A DNA stretch of 64,000 nt from assembly GCF_006345805.1 (NCBI RefSeq), contig NC_042999.1, positions 34,224,001 to 34,288,000 on the forward strand, in the 5' to 3' direction. This DNA comes from Octopus sinensis (taxonomy: Eukaryota). Below the pieces are notes generated by a model. The model searched no databases. It saw only the letters and a list, made by a program, of their open reading frames with translations, and was not told where the DNA came from. The first letter of the stretch is position 1; each line of letters begins with the position of its first letter. Shown here one piece after another: positions 52,990 through 64,000 of the stretch. A program made the position numbers and the translations under genes.

Positions 52990-53140
52990 TATACTGTTTT
53001 GTTTTTCCTTGTGTTCCTTTCTGCTGAAGGGCGTAGGCTTGACATGTTAAAGATTTTCTCACTTTCCCGAACGTCAAACTAATACATCTGCTTGTTGTTT
53101 ATACACCTGTCTCCCTCTTTTGTCTTTCTGTAAATTTTAA
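52990..53140 (+). repeat. Short dispersed repeat with degenerate hammerhead-like fold; inverted homologue at 61545-61690
   Basis: ttcctttctgctgaagggcgtaggcttgacatgttaaag vs reverse complement of 61614-61655, ttcctttctgtagaagagcgtaggctcgaaacctaaaag. Confidence 0.6.
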
Positions 53141-54239
53141 ATATATATATATATATATATACATATGTGCGCGTTTATGTGTGTGTGTGTGTGTGTGCGC
53201 GCGCGCGTGTGTATGTATGTGTGTATGTGTGTGTGTGTGTGCAGACAATATTTGAAAGCTGGGTATGTTTATCATAGAAAACAGATAGTATTGCTCAAAA
53301 TTATTTAAACTTGAACACCAAATTCTTCGTCCGCAGCTAAACCCGCAACATTACGAGCGGCTATAAGAGAGATCCAAATCGAGATAATAGGGAAGCAGTA
53401 ATGGAGATAAATGTTTGATGGAATGAAACATTTATTTCCATTCAAGCAGTTAAGATTGATGGAATATGGAAACATTCATGCGTATGTAACTGGTAACCAG
53501 CCATAAGAATATATGAGTCCAGCTCCCTAATGAAGAGGAAATTAGCAAATGGAGCACAGATAGCATTGTTATCAAGAATAAACGGTTAAAGGGAGAGAGA
53601 AAGTAAAGCGCGATCAAGAGTAGGAGAAAGAGGAAGGAAAACTCCGTAACGTAAAAAGAAAGGAAGAAAGTAAGAGTAGAAGCAAAGGAGGGAGAAGTGG
53701 AAGATAATGTTAAGGCTAAAAATAGCCTGGCGAAAACAAACGTCACGTGTGATCAAGTTAATGTTAAGCAGGCAATATATTAGGAAAGTCAACTGACCAG
53801 ACGGAAAGCCCGGAAGAGGTAAACTATGAAATAAATGAAGAGGAGATGAGTAGTTGAGAGAAAGGGAATGTGGTACAAGAAGGATAATTGGTGCTTACAT
53901 ACTTGGCTAAAGAGTAAAGATCTATTATACAAACACATTACTCGCAACAGGAAACACGCACACATAACCGCTTTTAGGAGATATTTTATAGACTTTACAT
54001 AATGAGCAAATGTGGAGTTAACCTATGTTAGGGAATGTATATAGTAATATAAATCCTAAACGTGATGGGTAGCTCCTTATGGGGTGTTCTCACAAAATGA
54101 GGATCAGGTGAGCTCCTGGGACTTGCGGGCAGTGTATATGTAACTAGAAATGTGGGGAGTTTAAATACTCTATCTGAGAACGAATTCAGGGGAGCCAGGT
54201 TACCTTTTGGGAATGTTATTATCCAACAATTAGAAAGAT

Positions 54240-54257
54240 AGACAGACAGCCAGACAC

Positions 54258-54329
<72 letters not shown>

Positions 54330-54330
54330 T

Positions 54331-54417
<87 letters not shown>

Positions 54418-54841
54418 GTGGATAGATGGATAGGCGAGCTGGCAGAAACGTTATCATGTCGGGGGAAATGCTTAACGGTATTTTGTCTGTCGCTACGTTC
54501 TGAGTTCAAATTTCGCCGAGGTCGACTTTGCCTTTCATCCTTTCGGGGTCGATTAAATAAGTACCAGTTACGCACTGAGGTCGATATCATCGATTTAATC
54601 CGTTTGCTTTTCCGTGTTTGTCCTGTCTGTGTTTAGCCCTATGCGGGTAGTAAAGAAATAGGTATTTCGTCTGCCGTTACGTTCTGAGTTCAAATTCTGC
54701 CGAGTGGACTTTGCTTTTCATCCTTTCGGTGTCGATAAATTACGTACCAGTGACGCACTGGGGTCAATGTAATCGACTTCATCCCTTTGTCTGTCCTTGT
54801 TTTTCCCTCTATGTTTAGCCCGTGGTGGGCAATAAAGAAAT

Positions 54842-54899
<58 letters not shown>

Positions 54900-54926
54900 T
54901 ATAGATAGATAGATAGATAGATAGAT

Positions 54927-55019
<93 letters not shown>

Positions 55020-55020
55020 G
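54240..55020. repeat. (GATA)n tracts (54240-54430, 54843-55018) flanking a family B SINE pair
   Basis: Direct reading. Confidence 0.95.
54433..54842 (+). mobile_element. Family B SINE (54433-54661) followed by a 5'-truncated second copy (54662-54842)
   Basis: Both carry ctttcatcctttcgg...gtcgat...gtaccag and the same tail, but differ at many positions. Confidence 0.85.
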
Positions 55021-55700
55021 GCAAGTCTAAATTAAATAAATAAATAAAGCAAGAATAAGTAACAATAAAATTACACACAGCAAATATATTAGATTGGTGC
55101 TGAGTAAAATTTTAGATGGAAAATTAGTATTGGTGGGCAAGGAGAACATCATTGTATGGGGAAAATGACAGCATAGAGGGATTTGGTATACGAGGAAAGG
55201 AGGAGGCGTGGGGACTTGGGGGAAAGAAAAGGTATGGAATAGGTGTAGGGCATGACTGAATGAGGTCTATTGTTTTGACAAAAGTAAATCAGGAGTAAAT
55301 AGATGTTTGGCGTGCGGAGAGTGTGGAAAATTTGGTTAGTGGAAGTAGAGAGAGAGAGCAAAAGGCGGGACAAAATATCGGGTGGTGGAGAACACGCACT
55401 GCTAGTGGAAAGGTTTGGGACTGGAGGATAGGAAGTAACAGAATGCTGGATATATACTGTGCATGTATATGCTTCAATCGATTATATAATATAGTGGAGA
55501 GCGTATAACAATGACGTATATGGTAAATATTTGTTCTTGTCTTTTACAAATTATACTAGCATGGCCGTGTGGAGGCACAGGCGTGGCTGGTAAGAAGCTT
55601 GCTTCCCAATCACAAAGCATCTATACTCCACAACTATAACATTGGGCCGTCGAAAGCATTGTGATTGGATTTGGCAGACGGAAACTGAATGAAGCTCATC

Positions 55701-55745
<45 letters not shown>

Positions 55746-55799
55746 CAATATATATGTATGTATATATGTATACATATATATATATAGAAAATATGCATG

Positions 55800-55848
<49 letters not shown>

Positions 55849-56401
55849 TTATGTAAGTATGTATATGTATGTGCTTTTGCGTCTGTGCATGTGCCCTGTA
55901 GATGTAATCGCTTGACAACCGGTGCTGGTGTATTTACGTCCCCATACCTTAGTGGTTCGGCGTGTTTGATAAACAGCTTGTTTCTTTAAATGTCTTTTAT
56001 TGCGCTTACTTTAGAACTTGATATTTTATTTCATCAAATTTGAAAGAAACACTTGCTGCAAACTACCGCAATTATAAAAGTGGTTTCTGCTTAGGAATAC
56101 CAGAATCTGTTAACAATCCAACGTTGTTACACCTGATTAATAATGGGTTCATCACATCATATTAATAGAATCTTCATTTTATAGCTATTATTTAATCTAA
56201 TGATTTCATATTTGTTTTTTAGTCTCAGCATGTTACGAATATATCCACTTCATCGTATCTGTTCATTTTAAGAATATTATATTATGACATATGTAATAAT
56301 AAGAATATTTCGATTTTATCATGCTGTTTCATATTGAGGGTGCATTAATTATGAAATATTATTGCATGACGCAGAAATCCACTATGTTATATACTTTGGG
56401 C

Positions 56402-56828
56402 GGCGAGCTGGCAGAATCGTTAGCACGCCGGGCGAAATGCTTTGATGTATTTCGTTTGCTGTCACGTTCTGAGTTCAAATTCCAGATTCAAACGCCTTTC
56501 TTCCTTTCGGTGTCGATTAAATGAGTACCAGTTATGCAATTGGATCGATATAATCGATTTATTCCCTTTGTCTTTCCTTGTTTGTCCCCTATATGTTTAG
56601 CCCCCTGTGGGAATTAAGAAATCTATATTATATAATTTGAGTTTAATGATTGATCCTCTATAACAAGCTATTTTTAGATTGACCCTAGTAAGCAACTGAT
56701 ACTTAATTTATCGACCCCGAAAGGATGAAAGGCAAACTCGACCTCGGCGGAATTTGAACTCAGAACGTAGCGGCAGACGAAATACCGCTAATAATTTCAC
56801 CCGACATGCTAACACTTCTGCCAGCTCT
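56402..56828. mobile_element. Family B SINE (+, 56402-56622) and an inverted partial copy (-, 56690-56828)
   Basis: Same head and core as the other family B copies. Confidence 0.8.
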
Positions 56829-57980
56829 CTGCTTTTTAGCAGAGATAGTATTGATAGCATTCTGTCAGCAGTCTTGTAATATTTTCAGAAATAGTAAATT
56901 TGAATATTACATTATCAAATATTTAAGATTTAAAATGGTGAAATCAGATTAATGATTTAAGAGAAATTTGCCTATTATTTCCAGCACTTCGATTGGGCAC
57001 ATTAGAATTCCGTAATTACATAATTAGCAATGAAGTAAATTATTTAAATGTAAGCTATCTAACGATTAATTATAAATCTTAAGTCGTTAGGGAAGTACTT
57101 AAATTACATTCAAGATAGGGAATTGTAAATATAGGATATAGGAAAACTTCATGATTTTGAAACGAAATTTAACGCATCAACACATCATATTTGCATGTAA
57201 ATGCTCACATGTGTATATATATGTGTGCATGTGTATGTACGTATACATGTATATATGTAAGTGTGCATAGATGTGTAAACATTGTGTGTAGGTATAAGTT
57301 CTTAGGCGTACCATTTACGCCTAAGTTACATGCCGTCCGCATGATTAAGACGACGCAATATTTAATTCCAGAAGTTGTAAATGAAATTCAATATCGTGGG
57401 AGGAAATTGCCAGAGAGAATTCGATATCTTCTTCAATTCGTTTTGCGAATAAATTCAATCAATCAGAACAAGTTGTGATTTGTAATTTGAGAAAATACAT
57501 ATTTGTAATTATCACAAAATTATCACAAAAGCTTGAAACAAGATAATTGAATGTTTTAATCTAACTCCCAAATGAGTTTTCATAGATTAGGATTTATAAA
57601 TTATTGAAGTATTGATTTACATGATAACGGTTCGATTTGAAAATTTTTGAATAGCAAGTATGCTTTTGGAAAATTATTGTATGTCAGATGTACGATCGAT
57701 GTATATTATCAGAATTTTAAAGTCTATTTCTCTAATCGTGTGTTCCTTTAAGAGAAACTCTGCATCGAGAGTATGAAATGTGTTGACTTATATAAACTTA
57801 GGTGCATATTATTGTGTTTGAAAGAAATTAAGCAAATTTGACTCTAGAAACAGCAAAAGAAAAGAACATTCTTTATTATTACGGCAATGCTTTACAAATT
57901 TTAATGCGATTTTCTGAATGACGCAAAATATCGAAAAGGAAGTACTGCACGCACCAACCTTATATGCATATATATATATG

Positions 57981-58064
<84 letters not shown>

Positions 58065-58073
<9 letters not shown>

Positions 58074-58196
58074 ATTTCGGAATGGTCATTTTGTCAGCTT
58101 AGCCAAGAAAGACACACGCACTATATATTTGGTGTTACTTTGCGTGTGCTTTTATTGGCTAAACTGGCAAAATGACCATTCCGAAATACAACAATA
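58065..58196. mobile_element. 132-bp hairpin MITE with ~55-bp TIRs, next to (TA)n
   Basis: tattgttgtatttcggaatggtcattttg...ccaa...cacacgca vs tgcgtgtg...ttgg...caaaatgaccattccgaaatacaacaata. Confidence 0.85.
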
Positions 58197-58256
58197 TCTG
58201 TTTCAACACGCGATTCCACATAAAAAATTTTGCACAACAAATATATAAACGTATAT

Positions 58257-58305
<49 letters not shown>

Positions 58306-58307
<2 letters not shown>

Positions 58308-58977
58308 CCCATCTATACTTGCTGCGTGTATACTCTGCGATGACATCTCTCACGCCGGACTTCTTTCTGATGATCTTGCTACTTATGTGCTCTCTCAACG
58401 AGATACCAAGCATTGACCTTTCCATGGCTCTTTGAACCGTTACCAGTCTTTGCACTTCTCTCTTTGTGGTAGCCCATGTTTCGCTACCATATAACATTGC
58501 AGGCAGAACTGCACTGTTAATGAGGTTGGCGCGGGTGGTCCTGTCCAACCTTCCCTTGAGCACATCCATTATGCCATTGAACGCCTTCCATCCGACCCTT
58601 ACTCTCCGTGAGATCTCCGTTTTGATATCCCGGCACATATTTACTTCCTGTCCCACGTACACATATTCCCTCACCTCCTCTATTTCATCACTGCCGATCA
58701 CCATACGACCTGTTGGTACATTGTCTGACCGCATGAACATTTTTGCTGTTTTCATTACGCTAGCGCCTGCCATACGAGCACGCAGATGTCGAGTGGTACC
58801 CGCGTGAGCGGAAAAGACCATCCGGAAGACCTCCACGACGGCGGAGTTACGATTTCAGGAGGACAATTGGGATCACGTGGATGAGAAAGGCGCGATCGAG
58901 AGAGGAATGGACAGCGTGCTGTGACCAGCGGTGTCAAATGGACGCCTGACGGACTGGTCGGTCAAAGTGATCAAAGT

Positions 58978-58980
<3 letters not shown>
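58306..58980. mobile_element. RTE-clade LINE 3' fragment with 5' inversion (minus segment 58306-58740; plus segment 58782-58980)
   Basis: Minus: EVREYVYVGQEV...EISRRVRVGWKAF...VLPAMLYGSETW...QRAMERSMLG...KYRWA. Plus: VEWYPRERKRPSGRPP...TWMRKARSREEW...DA*, then caaagtgat x2 tail. Both flanks are (TA)n. Confidence 0.9.
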
Positions 58981-59008
<28 letters not shown>

Positions 59009-59009
<1 letters not shown>

Positions 59010-59325
59010 AAATAAATATAAGAGAGTGGTCACTATATGGCTCACTCTAGCACCAGTTAATCCAAAAGGTTTCAACCACAAAAGATAGTTTTGGCTGAGG
59101 AGCTACAAGTGGATTTTTTTGTAAGTAAAATTACATTTAATTCATTAATAGCGAAACAATTGTCCCAAAATAATCTGTATTTTTGTTATTTTTTATTTGC
59201 CCTGTCCATGTGAGCTAACAATCGTACTGACTTTCATGGGAAACATGTATTTTTGTGGTTGAAACCTTTTGGATTAACTGGTGCTAGAGTGAGCCATATA
59301 GTGACCACTCTCTTATATTTATTTT
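59009..59325. repeat. Perfect 75-bp inverted repeat with 167-bp spacer (young MITE-like/fold-back element)
   Basis: 59009-59083 is the exact reverse complement of 59251-59325. Confidence 0.92.
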
Positions 59326-59446
59326 GTAAAAATATTATAATATATTATAAAATATTATAATAATCCAGGTTTCTCGGAGCACTAGGCCACTTGGTGTTGA
59401 ATAGATATACTATTAAATTAGTATCTAATTCTCTCACCCTTATTAA

Positions 59447-59583
<137 letters not shown>

Positions 59584-59679
59584 TTTCGACAAGAGACTGT
59601 TAGAATAAGCACAGGACTAAAGATAAACAACATTTTACCTTGTAGGTGAAGCACAGTCAGAATTTTCTTCAGGACGAGT

Positions 59680-59895
59680 AGCCCATCCTGTTCAACATGT
59701 TCTTGAATAAGGGTTGTTTGAGAATGTTGATCGAAACACCCATGTTACCATTGGTGGATTACTCAAACCTCAAAGCATTCCTCTCAGTACATGGCTATGA
59801 TGTACACGCACAATTCGTGCTCGTGTTCAGAGATACGCATATCGTCAGCCACCGAGGGACATGCTCAAATGATTAAGGAAAAAAAACTGACTCTT
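59680..59895 (+). mobile_element. Probable SINE 3' tail fragment
   Basis: gcccatcctg...ggctatgatg...gatacgcatatcgtcagccac...ggacatgctcaa; recalled as a common cephalopod SINE tail. No second copy in the window. Confidence 0.35.
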
Positions 59896-59969
59896 TAGTA
59901 TTCAGAAGAATATGTGCTGTAACCTATCTTTTATACCAAGACAAATCAATGTACATAATAACAATTCCA

Positions 59970-60276
59970 ATCCGTTAAGACAGTATTTCTTGACACACCA
60001 AACATTTCTGCTGTTTTCATTACGCTAGCGCCTGCCATACGAGCACCGACAATTTGACCTCTTTGAAAGTCCGTTAGATCTGTCAAATTTAATGAATTTT
60101 AATTACCTTTTTCTGATGATATCTGAAAGGAAACAGCAATTTTAGCAAAAACATATTAAGTAACACTAATAAAACATCAAAAACATAGAAATAAACAAGC
60201 TTTTGACGGCTTTATAGATATTTCATAATTACGATGATATGGTGTTATATGTTTCCACTATTTTATCGAACTCCTC
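59970..60276 (-). mobile_element. 5' end of a Tc1-like element (terminus, UTR, first HTH)
   Basis: TDLTDFQRGQIVGARMAGASVMKTAEMFGVSRNTV is a Tc1 N-terminal HTH. TA-flanked terminus at 60276. Confidence 0.8.
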
Positions 60277-60287
60277 TATATATATAC

Positions 60288-60318
<31 letters not shown>

Positions 60319-60969
60319 TATATGTATATATATGTATATATAAGCTGAAATAACACGCCCACCTCAACCTACGTATTCTCGAAATACCCGTCAGACATTG
60401 TACCAGCTGAAGACTCTTGTTAAAATCATCTCATACCACTAATTCATCTATTTCGATTACCGTCTTACATTCACTATGCACATCTTAATATCCTCATTGA
60501 TTTCTAATTCGGATATACTATTTCATAAGATCTCCTGCAAGTACATTTATGAGTTATATGTGTTTATATATTTATATACGTTTATATCATATATATATGT
60601 CTGTGTGTGTGCGTGTGTGTGTGTGTGCGCGTGTGTGTGTATGTGCGTGCGTGTGGACGTGTATATGAGTGCACCTATGTACGCTGTCAATTATTCCGAT
60701 GCTACGAAATATGTTGAGTGATGAAGAACACTGACTTCTGAAATTTATTCCCACTTTCTTCGTCTGATATTCATCCTGCTCGAATAGATCGCTAATTAAC
60801 TGTGGTGTATAAGGGGATAATTGTCCAATTTCTTCTTCATATTATATATATGTGTGTATACACACACACACACACATACATGGACAAATACCCAGTAGTA
60901 GCGAAAGCCCGCGTTTCCAGCACCAGTTTTCCATCATGATCACACAGACTAAAATTTGACTTTACATAC

Positions 60970-61002
<33 letters not shown>

Positions 61003-61452
61003 TGGCAAATGAAAGACAGAAGATGGAATATCCGGTAATTTATTAATCACGACAATTGTTTCGGCACATCGATCCCTCATGTGTGAGACACTCAAAAACT
61101 GGTTCAGGAGCATCCGGCGGTGCAGATATATCTCGTCGTGCGATAAATCGATACAACACGTTATGATAACAGTTCCACAACCGTGATTTCTCAATTTGTA
61201 GAAAATAAAACAGCCAGACGAAGGAAATACCTTCATATACATAGAAGAACAAAAATAAAATCACAAATGCCAAAAAAGGAGAAACGAACATGCAATACAC
61301 ACACGGGTGTCGCGAAATCCCAGTTTGGGACCCCCGTTTCCCTAGTTCGTTTACAGGCTTTAGAAAAACTGAAGGACCACTGCAATATGTGTGTGATCTG
61401 TTGTAACTGGAAATGGTACACCTTCACACGGGTCAAGTGGTATAAATTAGCC

Positions 61453-61503
<51 letters not shown>

Positions 61504-61698
61504 AGATATATAGATATATATAAAGGGAAAGTTTACGAAAATAAACAAAAGACTGAGGCAGGTGGTGTACAAACAAACAAATGTATTAGTATAGCGCTCA
61601 GGAATAGAAAACTCTTTTAGGTTTCGAGCCTACGCTCTTCTACAGAAAGGAACACAGAAAAAACAAGGAGAGAATCAAGGAGAGAAAAAATGTGAACG

Positions 61699-61781
<83 letters not shown>

Positions 61782-63349
61782 ATGTATGTATGTGTGTGTG
61801 TATGTATGTAATCGTTGTTTATGGCAGATAAGAAAGTTACCATTTGTTTTACATCTCTCCCCCTCTGAGAGAGGTGCACTTACCTCCCTTTAAAATGTTG
61901 CGGTTGCGTTCGGAATGGGTTTGGTTGTTTACGTTTTCCGTTCACTAGTCGGTAGTCGTGAAAGCCCACGTTTCCAGCGCGAGGCTTGTATCACGATCAC
62001 ACGGACTTAAATTTCACTTTCTAAATTTAAGTAGGCACTGAGATAAAGCAAAATTATTAGAATAATTTCCCTGTTAGCCAAGCAAAGTTTGCATCGTCTG
62101 CTTCCATTGGAATATGGACGAGACTATCCCAGGAGCTTCCATTTAGTCCTGTATAGCGTTTCCTCTTCCTTTGAACTCCATAGCTGGTCAATCCCTCAAT
62201 ATTACGCATCTGGAATCATAAACGTGAACTTATGATTAGTTATTCAGAGCTCAAAGGGCCCCACCGTTGCTCCATATTTTCATTGCTGTGTTCCTACGGT
62301 ATTAGTGCTGCTACCGCTGCTATTGCCGAACAGCATACCGCCTCATAGTCCACGGCCTTGGAGTTGCATCGAGAGGGCACTCGTTAATAAATCTTCGTGA
62401 ACATTCTATCTTTGTGCAGGGTGTAGGAACGGTCACTATTATCTTTTTAGATTGAGCTCACTGATGAATGAGACTTAAGTTCTCTCTACTAAATATTCGT
62501 CCGTATCTATAGGAATAAGTGAAGTACTTATCTGCTAATCTTAGATACCACCCGCACGGGTTTTGGCGTTGAGTGATAAGTGTAGGGCAAAACCTTTTGT
62601 TGACTACTAAACAACCTTAACCAACGTCTACATAAAATATTACTGCTCAAAAAGTTTTTGTAGGATTTATGGACATCTGAATGATTATATGTGCGTGTGC
62701 GCGCGCGCCTGTGTGTAACTATGGGCAAATGTCTTCTATTATAACTGCAAACCGACCAGAACCTTGTGAATGAATCTGGTAGACCGAAACTCTGTGTGTG
62801 TGTATCTCTGCTTGTCCCCAATCACTGCTTGAAAGCCACATACTTTCAGGTTCAGTTTCATTACGTGGTACATTAGGTAAGTGCCTTCTTCTGTAGCCTC
62901 GTGCGATCCATGTCATGCAAGGGGATTTTGGTATAAGGAGTACCTGAAATATGCCCGACGTATGTACATGTACGTTTGTGTGTGTCTGTGTGTTTGTGTG
63001 TGTATGTGTGTGCGTGATTGTGTCTGTATTTGTCCCCTACTACGGCTTGACAACCGGTATTGGTGTGCTTCGGCAAAGGAGAATCATTAATGAAAAAAAC
63101 GTTTAAAGTTGTATACACACTTACACAAAAGCACACACAGGAGGCGGAGCTGAAAAGTTCCTGGAGTTACGGGGGTCGCAAAAGGCCTAGTTGGGGGGCC
63201 CACCACCATAGATGTTTTACAGGGTTTAGGAAAATTGAAGGGCCGCTGTAATACGTGTGTATCTGTTACAATGGAAATGATACACCCCTCCCGCGGGTCA
63301 AGTGATATGTGGGAGCGACTATAAAGTGAGCCGACATCAACCACTACAG

Positions 63350-64000
63350 TGTCGTGTATGACTTCTGAGTTAGAGTTAAGCGTCAGTTTCGCGTTATATT
63401 CGAGTTCGAGTCACAGTTAAGTTAGACGTTTCAAATTCGGTGTCTTGCAGAGCTATCAGTAATAACACGATAGACGAAGCGTTGTATTGCCATTCCGGTA
63501 TAGAAAGACGCTATTCGATACCATGAAAATATCGTGCGCACACACACATATAATCATTCAGATGTCCATAAATATCATGAAAATACACGACAGAATAGCT
63601 ACGATCACAACAGCGGAGACACATTATAACTGCGGGGAACACAAACAATTCACGTAGACGACATCAAAACAACGTTTTTCACGCGAAGGAATTGGAAAAC
63701 AAAATTCACGTGGAGAAATTAACAACTCGATAGAGGAGTAACAAACGTTTTTTTGTACACATTTTACGAAAAGTCCGTAAAATAATGGAAAACATGGCGG
63801 GGTTAATTGAGTTGCAAAAACAGCGACAACAACAACTCAAAGGACAACAAGAACAACAACAAATGTTAAAGCAACAAATACTACAACTAATGAAGTAGCG
63901 AATTCAATAAATGAATTTAAATATGACCAAAAAGAAATTGTCGCCTCCGAGGCATATTACCGAAGACTCCAACAAATTCACGAAAAAGAATGTCAAGGTT
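63350..64000 (+). mobile_element. 5' end of a Ty3/gypsy-like LTR retrotransposon (LTR ~63350-63592; decayed gag from 63785), runs off the window
   Basis: TGTCGTGTAT...ATACACGACA terminal inverted 10-mer. MENMAGLIELQKQRQQQ...QQILQLMK / VANSINEFKYDQKE...AYYRR...EKECQG is gag-like. No clear PBS seen. Confidence 0.65.

Noticed and set aside
57290-57478. Terminal exon YKFLGVPFTPKL...NQNKL*
   Set aside because: Weak acceptor within a TG-rich tract, ~60 codons, no recognisable homology.

Overview
AT-rich eukaryotic, essentially intergenic/intronic DNA, saturated with microsatellites ((TA)n, (CATA)n, (GATA)n, (AAT)n, (GAA)n) and transposable-element debris. The SINE families and repeat landscape suggest an octopus (cephalopod) genome; that is inference, not shown by the sequence. 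The dominant feature is a 6.1-kb Helitron on the minus strand (16485-22620) with both termini and a complete RepHel reading frame. That frame is broken only by small frameshifts and begins with nine 23-aa STPR-like repeats. An empty paralogue of its insertion site lies 2.4 kb away. Other elements: a full-length mariner, further Tc1/mariner, pogo/Tigger and hAT fragments, Penelope-like GIY-YIG fragments, RLE-type (R4/Dong-like) and RTE LINE fragments, the 5' end of a Ty3/gypsy-like LTR element, several tRNA-derived SINE families and several fold-back inverted repeats. Host coding sequence is limited to the C-terminal half of a SWEET sugar transporter (32621-32892) and two or three unidentified exon-like segments. 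Most notable observations: a probably intact Helitron; an RTE copy with a twin-priming-type inversion whose junction holds 46 bp matching a locus 1.27 kb away; a second apparent templated insertion inside the LTR; a tRNA-headed repeat carrying a minimal hammerhead ribozyme motif; a cluster of RLE 3' ends in (CATA)n; and a SINE dimer flanked by one 13-bp TSD. No rRNA, genuine tRNA gene or CRISPR array is supported. All family assignments come from recognising motifs by eye; no database search was run.
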